Program-made: the position numbers and the translations under genes
In this document: positions 44,378-53,572 of the stretch, piece after piece
How positions within the stretch are numbered: position 1 is the stretch's first letter
Layout of the letters: each line of letters begins with the position of its first letter
Virus record (IMG/VR): IMGVR_UViG_3300020195_000033
Span: 1-53,677 of that record
DNA: 53,677 nucleotides
Direction: 5' to 3' (one strand)
DNA from: a virus
Taxonomy: Duplodnaviria > Caudoviricetes
The notes under the pieces: model-generated
Database searches by the model: none
What the model was told of the DNA's origin: nothing
The model's input: the letters and a program-made list of their open reading frames with translations, nothing else

Positions 44378-44743
44378 TCAGCATCGGGCGGGGTCAAACG
44401 CCACGTCAGCCGGAACGACATTGCAGTTAGGGCACGGAAGCCAACCTGCGCCGTCGTCGACTGCTACTAACCGTTCATCAGAGCAGACCCGGCACAAGAA
44501 CCGTGCGCGTATGACCGTCAGCTCAGCGGAATGAGTCGCGGTGATCCCGTCGATCTTCGACTTGTCAACGCCGTACGCCTTCGCCATAGCCGTCAGCGAG
44601 TCAAGCGTCATGTCCTCGAACCCGACCGCGGACAGATCAGCCTCAATGCGGGCGCGCAGATCACGGTCAGCGCGAGCAGCGAGCGTGATCTCTCGAGCGA
44701 GAGCAACTCGACGCGGTGAAGTCTGATCGGCCAATCCGGGCAT
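44378..44743 (-). CDS. hypothetical zinc-finger protein
   Basis: TAGAAT 7 nt before ATG; CRVC..CPNC. Confidence 0.55.
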   Translation of the reverse strand: MPGLADQTSPRRVALAREITLAARADRDLRARIEADLSAVGFEDMTLDSLTAMAKAYGVDKSKIDGITATHSAELTVIRARFLCRVCSDERLVAVDDGAGWLPCPNCNVVPADVAFDPARC

Positions 44744-44776
44744 GCCGCTCATTCTACACGATGAGTTACAACCGCG

Positions 44777-45577
44777 CTAGTCACTTATCACCTGGCCGTT
44801 GTCGTCGAACCGAAGATCAGCAAGCGTCTTTAGAACCCCTGACGACTGCCCGGGCCATAGCGGTCGAGTTAGCTCATGGTCAAGGCTCGACAGTGACAAC
44901 GTTCTGCCTCTGTCGTGCAACGACTTCAAGCCGTCCTGAATCTGTCGCCGCGAATGACCAGCAGCTAACGCTCGCCGCACGATGTTCGTGTAGCCGTTGA
45001 AGTTGACCAATGGAGCGACCCCGCCGTGGCGTTCCTTGTACCACGTCCAGTAGCCGTCACAGATACGTTTCGCTATCTGAGCATCAGTCTCCCCCGCGAC
45101 GAGCGCAAGCTCGGTGCCAGGTTCTCCCGGCTCAGAATCGAACATGTCAACAGAATCATGCGCGCGCTGTTTTCGCGCGGGTAGTTCTAAGGACAGTTCA
45201 TTGGACTGTTCGGGTGACATCTGTGGTACCACACTTGTCACCCCGTCTGCCCTAGTTGTCACCCCGTTGATTCTGTTTCGTTTGACCGGGAGCACCACGC
45301 CATCAAGGTGAAGATGATAGAGATTCGGTCGTCGGTCGTCGGGCGTGTGAGCGTTTCCTCCCTCGTTGACACGCACCGTGACCCAGCCTTGCTTCACAAG
45401 CTCAGCGATTGCTCTTTGGACTGTGCGCTCGGTCGCTGAAGCGTAGGTCGCCAGCGTTCGGACTGACGGCCATGCGCCGCCATCACCGTCGTGGCTTGCA
45501 ATCCCGACAAGGACGAGCTTCTCTGTTGAAGTCAAGCCTTGTACTTGGAGTGCTCGCGCTGACGTTTCCCAACTCAT
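44777..45577 (-). CDS. replication initiator-like protein (N-terminal wHTH)
   Basis: EKLVLVGIASH..GGAWPSVRTLA...TERTVQRAIAELVKQGWV..RPNLY. Confidence 0.8.
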   Translation of the reverse strand: MSWETSARALQVQGLTSTEKLVLVGIASHDGDGGAWPSVRTLATYASATERTVQRAIAELVKQGWVTVRVNEGGNAHTPDDRRPNLYHLHLDGVVLPVKRNRINGVTTRADGVTSVVPQMSPEQSNELSLELPARKQRAHDSVDMFDSEPGEPGTELALVAGETDAQIAKRICDGYWTWYKERHGGVAPLVNFNGYTNIVRRALAAGHSRRQIQDGLKSLHDRGRTLSLSSLDHELTRPLWPGQSSGVLKTLADLRFDDNGQVISD

Positions 45578-45770
45578 GGTGCTCCCTTTCGGTTGGCCCG
45601 ACCAGGTAAGCTCCTGGCGGGTTTCTTAGCCGAGTCCCACTGTACCAGTCCCCTGGGCCGGAAGCCGCGGAAGCGTCCCGGTCCTGGGGGCTGCGTCGTT
45701 TGATAGCCCGGTTGTATCCGCGTTCACAATGCTGCTAGTGTTCTCGTTCCACACACGGAACGAGGAGAAC

Positions 45771-46472
45771 ATGAACATCGACAAGATCGTTGGGGTAGTC
45801 GCGCCAGTTGACGAGGCTGCAGTCGAAGCAGAACTGGTGGCGTACATCACCGGTATGGACGTTGAAACGGCGGGAGAGCCGTGGCGGATCGAGAATGTCG
45901 GTCAAGCGGATTGGGCGTTACGCAAGCTCATTGAGACGCAGGCCGCGTATGGTCAGTACGCCGACGAAATCAGTCTGTGGGAGGCCGCGCGGAAGCGTGC
46001 GAAACACGCGATCGACTTCTTCACAGAGCTGTTGCAGGCTTGGGCTATCGGGGCGCGCACGAAGGACACCAAGTCGTTCGCGCTCGCGCATGGCACCGTG
46101 TCGACTCGTCAGTCGGCGGCGCGTCTGTCGATCAGCGACAAGGACGCGATTCTCGAATGGGCCGCTACGAACGCCCCCGACGCGATCAAAGTCACGTCTG
46201 AAGTTCAGCTTTCGTTGCTCACGAACGTCACGATCGAAGTAATGCTCGTCGGTGAACGACGGACGAACATGGCAACCGGTGAGATTGTCGTCGACAATCG
46301 TGAGCCGGTGCTACTGACAGACGAGGCGCTCGCCACAGTCGGCGGGGCCGGTTCAGGGTGGCAGGTTGAGCCGATCACGCTTCAGATGGCTGTCGCTGAC
46401 GGCAAGGTCGTGCCGGGGATGACAGTCGTACCGGCGAAAGTCACCGCGAGCGTGACCGCGTTGGGGGTCTGA
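45771..46472 (+). CDS. Mu Gam-like host-nuclease inhibitor
   Basis: WRIENVGQADWALRKL..KSFALAHGTVSTR..ILEWA; GAGGAG SD. Confidence 0.7.
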   Translation: MNIDKIVGVVAPVDEAAVEAELVAYITGMDVETAGEPWRIENVGQADWALRKLIETQAAYGQYADEISLWEAARKRAKHAIDFFTELLQAWAIGARTKDTKSFALAHGTVSTRQSAARLSISDKDAILEWAATNAPDAIKVTSEVQLSLLTNVTIEVMLVGERRTNMATGEIVVDNREPVLLTDEALATVGGAGSGWQVEPITLQMAVADGKVVPGMTVVPAKVTASVTALGV

Positions 46473-46828
46473 TGCCGCGCCGAATGTCGTGTGCGTTCAC
46501 TGTCTCAGCGGTACACGATCGGTCTAAGACAGTCACACGACGCGACGTGACGACATGGCTCGACCTGCGCCCCGGCGACCCGCTGACGTTAGTAGAGAAA
46601 GCGATGGGCTTGAAGAAAGGCGCGAAGCAGGTAGTGCTCGCGCAGGTCGAGATCGTCAGCACACGGATGGAACCGCTCTCCGCTATCGACTATGAGCCGG
46701 GTGGGTGTTTGCGCGAGGGTTTCCCCGAGATGAGCGTCTACCAGTTCATGGACTTCTGGCGTGAGTCCCACTGCTACCCGGCAGGGACTGACCCGGTGGT
46801 ACGTCGGATCGAGTGGCGCTACTTGTGA
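46472..46828 (+). CDS. ASCH/PUA-like protein
   Basis: SKTVTRR..W..LRPGD..VEKAMGLKKG..REGFP..VRRIEWRY. Confidence 0.7.
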   Translation: MPRRMSCAFTVSAVHDRSKTVTRRDVTTWLDLRPGDPLTLVEKAMGLKKGAKQVVLAQVEIVSTRMEPLSAIDYEPGGCLREGFPEMSVYQFMDFWRESHCYPAGTDPVVRRIEWRYL

Positions 46829-47340
46829 CACCGCAGGACGCTCAGAAACTCGTCGCGGCGTGGCGGGTCTGCTGGCCTTCCGCACCGTGGCGCGCCGAAG
46901 ATATGCGTCTCACCGTCAACGCGTGGGCCACGATCCTCGCAGACGTGACATACGACGAAGCTGAACAGGCCATGATCGGCTACGCCCGCTCCGGTGCAGC
47001 GTTCCCGCCAGCACCAGGGCAACTCGCTGAACGTGCGCTCGATGAACGCGCCCGCCGCGCCGGGACACGCCCACCCGATCTTGACCAGGCTCTCTCTGAA
47101 GTTCGTCACTACGTCACGACGAAAGGCTCACGTCGCGGTCAGCCGCCCGCCGAGTGGTCGCACACTGTCGTAGCAGAGGCCGTGAGAGCTATCGGCTGGG
47201 GCGAGTTGTGCGAGGGCGGCGACACGACACGCGCACACTTCCGCGCCGCCTACGAGAGCGCTAGAGCACGCTGGACGCTCAGCCAAACCGATAATCGACC
47301 GACATTGAGCGAACCTTGTCAGACCCCTGCGCTACACTAG
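46825..47340 (+). CDS. replicative helicase loader/inhibitor-like protein
   Basis: AWATILADVTYDEAEQAM..FPPAPGQL..AVRAIGW..LC..RAHFRAAY; GTGA-coupled. Confidence 0.65.
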   Translation: MTPQDAQKLVAAWRVCWPSAPWRAEDMRLTVNAWATILADVTYDEAEQAMIGYARSGAAFPPAPGQLAERALDERARRAGTRPPDLDQALSEVRHYVTTKGSRRGQPPAEWSHTVVAEAVRAIGWGELCEGGDTTRAHFRAAYESARARWTLSQTDNRPTLSEPCQTPALH

Positions 47341-47376
47341 GGGCGTTGTAACTTCCCACACGAAGGAGAAAGAAAC

Positions 47377-48600
47377 ATGGCCTATCAGCCAACAATCCGC
47401 CGACCGACAGGCATCGCTACTGCGCCGCTCATCATGGTGTCAGGGCTTCCGAAGTCAGGGAAGTCGACGCTTGCATATCTGCTTGGTCAGTCTCAGATCA
47501 TTCACCGATCGTGGGTGATTGACTTGGGTGAAGGTTCTGCTGACGAGTACGGGACAGATGATTCAGGCTACGAAGTCGTCGAGTGGGGCCGGTCGTTCGC
47601 TGACTTGAAGGACACGATTCGCTTCCTGATCGCAGAGCCGTGCCCGCCGAAGCTAATGAACGTCATCACGATCGACAGCGGGACAGAGCTGTGGGACAGT
47701 CTGAAGGATCGTGCGAGTAGTCGCGCGCGACGGTCGAAGAAGAACGCTGCGGCGCTCGAAACGGACCCCGACTATGAAGTCGACGTGTCGATGCCGTTCT
47801 GGAATGACGCGAAGGACACTTGGGCCGGGATCATCTCGCCGCTGAAACTCGCGCCGCACATCGTCGGGATCGTCACAGTCGCGACTGACATGGTGGCTGA
47901 AGTCGTGAACGGTGTCCCGACGAACCGCAAGGTCACGTCATATCAGTGTGAAAAGACGCTGACGCGAGTCGTGACTGCGCACGTCGCTGTCAGGCCCGAC
48001 CACACTTCGCATCTGATCGAAGTACGCTCGAAACTCATCAGTGTCGGCGTGAACGGTCTGCCGTTGAAGTCTGATAACCCGCTCGACGAGCTACTTCAGA
48101 TGCTCTCACCATCCGGCGATTTCTCAGCACCGGAAGCTGTCGAGCTGCAAGACGACGAGCGTGGCGGGCCGGTCGCTGACACGATCAGCCCTGAGCAGAA
48201 ACAGCAGCTATTCGACACTGTGAAGTCGATCGAGAGCGACGACACCTTCCAGGCCGCGGTCAAGACGGCGTTCACTCGCCAGTTCGGGCTACTCGCTGAT
48301 CTTCCACTGTCACGATTCGATGAGGCTGTCAAGTGGCTCGGTGATCGACTCTCACGGTTCGATGATGAGCTTGTCTGCAACGTGTGCGGCGCACCGCTCG
48401 CGGTCAACATGCACGCGAACTGCGGGACGACGACGAAACCGAAGCGGGGGAAGAACAAGGCGCAGCCGCCCGAAACGCCAGCCGATGAGCTTCCCGGTGA
48501 TGACATGCCGGTGCAGGCGACGCTCGCAGACCTGATCGGCACGCACGCTGACCAGCTAGACGACGAAGAGGCGCTCGCTGACGTTGGGGCGACGTCGTGA
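47377..48600 (+). CDS. AAA_24/Sak4-like ATPase (recombination)
   Basis: SGLPKSGKS; IDLGEGSADEY; ITIDSGT; GAAGGAG SD. Confidence 0.75.
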   Translation: MAYQPTIRRPTGIATAPLIMVSGLPKSGKSTLAYLLGQSQIIHRSWVIDLGEGSADEYGTDDSGYEVVEWGRSFADLKDTIRFLIAEPCPPKLMNVITIDSGTELWDSLKDRASSRARRSKKNAAALETDPDYEVDVSMPFWNDAKDTWAGIISPLKLAPHIVGIVTVATDMVAEVVNGVPTNRKVTSYQCEKTLTRVVTAHVAVRPDHTSHLIEVRSKLISVGVNGLPLKSDNPLDELLQMLSPSGDFSAPEAVELQDDERGGPVADTISPEQKQQLFDTVKSIESDDTFQAAVKTAFTRQFGLLADLPLSRFDEAVKWLGDRLSRFDDELVCNVCGAPLAVNMHANCGTTTKPKRGKNKAQPPETPADELPGDDMPVQATLADLIGTHADQLDDEEALADVGATS

Positions 48601-48942
48601 GCGACTCATGCCAGCACGGTCGCGGTCCTGGCTGCAATCTCTGTCGGCTACTCGCTAGCAGCCGTCACGCACAGCTCTCCCCGTTCACACCGCTCGTCGC
48701 GCGCTGCGCTAACTGCGGCCAGACGAAGCGTCACTGGGCTGGCTGTACTCGCCGCAAACTCACGGTCAGACCCGATGGCAGTGACGCTGAGAGTCTCGCA
48801 GAGTGGCGACAGCAGCGACTCGGCGGCAGACTCGAATGACAGAGCGCGACGTCAGGGCTGACCTGGTCCGACGCGGTAAAGCCCCTGATAACCCGACAAG
48901 CGCGACGACAGACGCAACAACGCGAAAGCGAGAGGTAAACAG

Positions 48943-49176
48943 ATGAACGTGGACCAAATCTTGAACGACACACTCGGGGCGCTCGAATTGCCAGACGGTG
49001 CGATCCCGGTGTCAGTGATCGTGCTCTGCGAGTACGCCGAACCTGGCGCTGACAACGCGCCCGGCAGACTCCGGCTCGCTATGTGCAGCGACGAAAACAT
49101 GCCACCGTGGACTTCGCTCGGGATGATGCGCTACGCCACCGAGATTGAGATAGCCGAAATATGCGCGACTGAATGA
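48943..49176 (+). CDS. hypothetical protein
   Basis: GAGGT SD; PWTSLGMMRYA motif. Confidence 0.6.
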   Translation: MNVDQILNDTLGALELPDGAIPVSVIVLCEYAEPGADNAPGRLRLAMCSDENMPPWTSLGMMRYATEIEIAEICATE

Positions 49177-49511
49177 GGCAAGTCTCGAAGAAGCGGGCGA
49201 AGCTACTCCCGACGCGTGCGAAGGTCTGCGCCGCGGTCAGACAACGAGACTCGAACCGCTGCCAAGCCGTAGACCGGCTGTACGGGGCGACCCTGCCCGT
49301 CGCCGCTGTAGCGGCGCTCCCGAAAGCCTGCGGCGGGCCACTCGACTGCCATGAGATCATCCCAAAGTCAGCTTGGGCTGGCGGCTGGCTCGTCGAATCG
49401 AACGTCATCCTCGTCTGCCGTAGTCACCATGATTTCATCGGGAACTGGCCGGAGGCGGCAGCATTAGCAGGCCTTCACGCCTTCTCCTGGTCGCCGCGAC
49501 CGCTAGAATGA
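49173..49511 (+). CDS. small HNH-type endonuclease
   Basis: RDSNRCQ...CGGPLDCHEII...GG...NVILVCRSHH. Confidence 0.7.
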   Translation: MRQVSKKRAKLLPTRAKVCAAVRQRDSNRCQAVDRLYGATLPVAAVAALPKACGGPLDCHEIIPKSAWAGGWLVESNVILVCRSHHDFIGNWPEAAALAGLHAFSWSPRPLE

Positions 49512-49591
49512 TTGAGCCGGGCGCGACTTCAATCGCCCCGGCTCCGATCCCAACCTTTACAGGAGGCCGAGATGAGTGAGATGGTAGCCCG

Positions 49592-50440
49592 ATGAGCGCC
49601 GCACCCGTTCCACCAGAAGTTAGGTTCTGGTCCCGAGTGGCCAAAGGGACTAACGACGAATGTTGGCTCTGGCAAGGACCGCGTAGTCCGCTGATGGGAT
49701 ACGGACGATTCAACGACGGCACAAGAATAATAATGACGCACCGCTACTCCTACGAGCTAACTATCGGGCCAATCCCTGAAGGACTGTCCGTCTGCCATTC
49801 CTGCGACACTGGATCGTGCGTCAACCCTGCCCACTTGTGGCTTGGGACGCATCTCGACAACATGCGGGATATGTCAACGAAGGGACGATCACTAGTCGGG
49901 ACTCGTAGCCCGCGGGCGTACCCCACCGAGGTCGTTGTGGCTATCAGGGCAGCAGTAGCAGCGGGCGCTACGCTCAGAGAAACAGCAGAGAGGTTCGGGG
50001 TCCACCACAACACTGTCTACCGGTACGTCAAACGGTTGCGCCACCGTGACGTCGTGCCTGCGCCAACGTCTGCCCCCGCTCGCGCTGCCATCACTGAACA
50101 CAACCGCAACGCGGCGGAGCGCGAAGTTGCGCGCTTTGATCGAGTCCGTGATGAAGCCGTGAGGTTGTACCGGTCTGGACTCAGTACTGTCGGAGTAGCC
50201 ACCGCGTTAGGGACTCACCCTGGGAACGTTTCACGGATGCTTAGGGATCGTGGAGTGAAGGCCAGACCGCAGCGGTTGTGGACTGACGAGCAGGAAGCCG
50301 AGATAGCAGATGACTTGCGGCGACTAGGTTCAGTGCGGCCAGTGATGGAGAAGTGGCCGATGAGCCGAGCAGTTGTTTCTCGGATTGGGCGCGATCATGG
50401 CGTGCATTTAGTCGTTGGTCGACGTAAACAGACTCCCTAG
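49592..50440 (+). CDS. free-standing HNH homing endonuclease with C-terminal HTH domains
   Basis: RFWSRV..ECWLWQG..GYG..THRYSY..VCHSCD..CVNPAHL.LGT..DNMRDM. Confidence 0.92.
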   Translation: MSAAPVPPEVRFWSRVAKGTNDECWLWQGPRSPLMGYGRFNDGTRIIMTHRYSYELTIGPIPEGLSVCHSCDTGSCVNPAHLWLGTHLDNMRDMSTKGRSLVGTRSPRAYPTEVVVAIRAAVAAGATLRETAERFGVHHNTVYRYVKRLRHRDVVPAPTSAPARAAITEHNRNAAEREVARFDRVRDEAVRLYRSGLSTVGVATALGTHPGNVSRMLRDRGVKARPQRLWTDEQEAEIADDLRRLGSVRPVMEKWPMSRAVVSRIGRDHGVHLVVGRRKQTP

Positions 50441-50566
50441 ACGGCTACAGCTACGAAGTACCCGGCAGATACCCGCGAGACGACCAGCCCTAGAAGCTCA
50501 CCACAAGCGCCCAGCGCTCGCCAGCCGCGTGTAACCCCGATTCCGGTACCAAACTAGCGGAACGAC

Positions 50567-50600
50567 CAGCGCCCGCCCCCTGGGCAGAGGACGGGCGCTG
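50567..50600. terminator. hairpin between convergent transcription units
   Basis: cagcgcccg...cgggcgctg inverted repeat. Confidence 0.5.
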
Positions 50601-50662
50601 TACTTCCCACACGGAAGTCGATCAGGACGCTATCGCGCTGGACGTTAGCCGCGCATCATCCT

Positions 50663-51001
50663 CTAGGGCGCAATCCGTTCGATCGTGTCCCCGTTCGGGC
50701 CGAGTAGCCATGCACGCTCAACGAGCGCGTAGTGACTCTCATGGTCACTAAACAGCGGGCCGACCCAATATGCGAGCAGCGTGAGAAGCCGAGGCTCAGT
50801 GAACGTGCAATCCATCGCTGTCGCCACCAATAGACCACCATGTCGATCGGTAACGTCATTAGGCGACGCGTACCAATCCTGGCTGATGCGCTTCACCTGT
50901 GAAACGCTAGCGACCCACAGCGTGTGATCGAACGGCACGAATGGGCGGTCTGGCCCGTTGCTGCCGTCCTTGACTTCATGCGCGAGTTTCAGTGTGAACA
51001 T
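50663..51001 (-). CDS. hypothetical protein
   Basis: GAGGT SD; AWLLGPNGDTIERI motif. Confidence 0.65.
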   Translation of the reverse strand: MFTLKLAHEVKDGSNGPDRPFVPFDHTLWVASVSQVKRISQDWYASPNDVTDRHGGLLVATAMDCTFTEPRLLTLLAYWVGPLFSDHESHYALVERAWLLGPNGDTIERIAP

Positions 51002-51117
51002 TTTCTAGCCCTACCTCTCGGTTGTCTTGCTCGACCACCGCTGGCCGACGAACAGAAGCCTACCTACGCCACCTTGCGCGCGGCCACCATGAAGTCAGAA
51101 CGCGCGCTCAGCGACCG

Positions 51118-51153
51118 AAAACGGCGAACGCCCCGACCCGAAAGTCGGAGCGC
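51118..51153 (-). terminator. intrinsic terminator after the lysis genes
   Basis: cgctccgac-tttcgg-gtcggggcg followed by ttcgccgtttt on the minus strand. Confidence 0.55.
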
Positions 51154-51185
51154 GCACCGCTTCCCCCGAAGTCTCTCGAACGCGT

Positions 51186-51593
51186 TTAGCCAAGCCCAAG
51201 TTTCGGTGCAAGCTCAGCCGCGTCAGACGACTTGTCCCACAGCTTGTACGCCGTCTGAGAGCTGACCACCAACACCATCACGTCAATGAACGCCGTTCGC
51301 GTCAACACCGCCGACCCGTCAGGGAGCAACACAGCACGCTCGACGAGCGCCGTAGCGACAGTCACGACGATCGCGACGATCACCTTCACCCGCGGACTGG
51401 CAGACACCTTCAACAGCAACCCGATCGCCACCGGCAACGCAACAGCGGTGAGGACAGTCCACACCGGCTGCGAGAACGTCACCGAGTGACTCTCCGCCGC
51501 CGGGGCAACTTCCTGCGCGTGAACGACACCGGGAAGCGCGAGTACCGACACAGCAACAGCTACACCGGCAAGTAACCGCTTGAAGAACCTCAT
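51186..51593 (-). CDS. holin-like membrane protein
   Basis: Three to four TM segments directly after the endolysin. Confidence 0.7.
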   Translation of the reverse strand: MRFFKRLLAGVAVAVSVLALPGVVHAQEVAPAAESHSVTFSQPVWTVLTAVALPVAIGLLLKVSASPRVKVIVAIVVTVATALVERAVLLPDGSAVLTRTAFIDVMVLVVSSQTAYKLWDKSSDAAELAPKLGLG

Positions 51594-51647
51594 AAAGCAA
51601 CCTCTTTCGTTTGGGTTACTCGCAACGCTAGACGAGGCTCCGCGAAC

Positions 51648-52601
51648 CTACGGGTGATGAGCAAGGAAGTGCGCGGCGGTGATGTTCAACGGCGCACCCG
51701 GTAACGGAGCCGGGGTTGGCACAGGCCCTTCAAGAATCTCTCCACGCAACGCACGTAGATCGAAGTGCTCCGCAGGCAACGGAATCCGACCGCTAGCCGA
51801 GTTTTGGAACGGGATACGCCCCGTCACAGCCAACGCATTCAACACGTTGCCGTCCGATATCCATTGCACTTTCTCGCCCAACGTGAAGTGCGCCGTCGAC
51901 GGCTGCGGCGGAACAGTCGAGTAGTCAACCGGTTGTATGAGTCGCTTCACTATTCCCTCCAATGCGGGCGGTATCGAGTCGCCCGCTATCCAATGAACGT
52001 GCGGCGGGTCAGCGGCAGTCTGCCACGCCCACCCGTATGTAGGCGCGATCTCCCAAAGCAGCAGCGCCGTCGACCGACGCAACGCGACGCGACGCGTGTC
52101 GACGATCTCTGCGATGTCGTCAGCACACCAGTCGCCGTGACGTGACGTGAACGGCACAGCAGCGTTGTACGGCCATGACCCGTTCTGATTCTGAATCTTG
52201 CACCAGTACGTCGCGTCGGGCACCGCGAACTGCTGCGCGCCAAGCCTCGCGATCGCTAGCGCGCGTTCAGTCGGTCGCCACAGCGCCGCGCGTTTCAGCC
52301 TCTTCGCCGCGTTGTATTCGTCGATCGAGCAGGGCCGATAGCGCTTGAATCGTCCGCCGAAGATATCCCACTGGCTTTGACCGGAACGCCCGCGCCCGGT
52401 GGTGGTCATCGTGACCCCATGCTCGCGCATCACCAAATGCAGATGCCACATAGCGAACGCGGGGAACGCGACCAGCATTCTCAGATAGCTCGTCGAGCCG
52501 GTAGGGCCGACAGGAGCGAGAAGCGCCGGGTCGATCGCCCCGTTGAGTTGACCTTTGATGCAGCTCGGCGGCAGATACGGGAGAATCGTCGGGCCAGCCA
52601 A
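51648..52601 (-). CDS. endolysin, peptidase M15-like
   Basis: NGAIDPALL; R...Q; AAVPFTSRHGDWCADD (SxH-x5-AxD-like); YGWAW..DPPHVHW. Confidence 0.75.
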   Translation of the reverse strand: MAGPTILPYLPPSCIKGQLNGAIDPALLAPVGPTGSTSYLRMLVAFPAFAMWHLHLVMREHGVTMTTTGRGRSGQSQWDIFGGRFKRYRPCSIDEYNAAKRLKRAALWRPTERALAIARLGAQQFAVPDATYWCKIQNQNGSWPYNAAVPFTSRHGDWCADDIAEIVDTRRVALRRSTALLLWEIAPTYGWAWQTAADPPHVHWIAGDSIPPALEGIVKRLIQPVDYSTVPPQPSTAHFTLGEKVQWISDGNVLNALAVTGRIPFQNSASGRIPLPAEHFDLRALRGEILEGPVPTPAPLPGAPLNITAAHFLAHHP

Positions 52602-52612
52602 CAGATCGGCTC

Positions 52613-53563
52613 TCAGTACGACACGATGACGACGATACCCGCGCCGCCAGCGCCGCCAGCGCCGGATGCGGAACCGTTCACAGATGCGCCACCACCACCG
52701 CCGCCGCCGCCGTACAAGCCGCCATTTCCGCCCGCTGACGACGCCCCAGCGCCAGAGTTAGAACCCCCGCCACCACCAGCACCGGTGTTGGGAAGGTTCG
52801 CTACAACCGATCCACCGTCACCACCCGCAGTCGGTGTCGTCGTACCGGCGATGCCACCTGCCGCAAATCCCGACAATCCGCCTGCGCCGCCAGGCGTCCC
52901 GACGTTCAATGCGCTGATGTCACCCGCGCCAGCGCCGCCGCCCGCGACCGAGTTGCCGCCTTGTCCACCAGGGCGACCGCCAATATCGGCAACGGTGTTG
53001 CCGCCCACACCAGGAGGGGGACCAACGATCTGACCTGTCGGCACGGGTTGGTCGCCATTGCCGGATACCCCGCCCGCGACATTGGTTGTGTTGCCGCCGC
53101 TACCGTTACCGCCTCCGAACGCTTTGACCCACACGCCGATCGACGAGAACCCGCCGACAGCGCCAGCGTTACCGTTTGTATCGTTCGCCGCGATTGCCAC
53201 GCCACCCGCGCCACCCGCGCCGACGACAACGGTTTCGCTAGCCGCTAACGCAGAGAGATTGAGAACGCCTGACAGACGTGCGCCACCGCCGCCGCCGCTG
53301 CCGCCGATGCGCGCGGACCCCGCAGCACCACGTCGGCCTGACCCGCCGCCCCCGCCAGCGCCGATGATGACGTACTCAGCGACCTTCGCCCCAGCAGGTT
53401 TCACGAAGTTACCGTTCGCGGTGAACACCTGAATGTCGACAACACCCTCGAACCACAGACAGTTCGACGCGTCAAGGCGAAACGGATTCTTATAGTTCGC
53501 CGGTGGTGCAGACGTTGGCGGGCACCCACAACCAAGTCCTGGCCCGTCAGCTACGAATCCCAT
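52613..53563 (-). CDS. Gly-rich minor tail protein
   Basis: IQVFTANGNFVKPAGAK..IIGAGGGGGSGRRG..GGAGGAGIVVIVSY; AGGAGG SD. Confidence 0.8.
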   Translation of the reverse strand: MGFVADGPGLGCGCPPTSAPPANYKNPFRLDASNCLWFEGVVDIQVFTANGNFVKPAGAKVAEYVIIGAGGGGGSGRRGAAGSARIGGSGGGGGARLSGVLNLSALAASETVVVGAGGAGGVAIAANDTNGNAGAVGGFSSIGVWVKAFGGGNGSGGNTTNVAGGVSGNGDQPVPTGQIVGPPPGVGGNTVADIGGRPGGQGGNSVAGGGAGAGDISALNVGTPGGAGGLSGFAAGGIAGTTTPTAGGDGGSVVANLPNTGAGGGGGSNSGAGASSAGGNGGLYGGGGGGGGASVNGSASGAGGAGGAGIVVIVSY

Positions 53564-53572
53564 GTGTTCCTC

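Noticed and set aside
52377-53432. Pro-rich plus-strand ORFs (also 173..559)
   Set aside because: Reverse complement of Gly codon runs in the Gly-rich tail genes.
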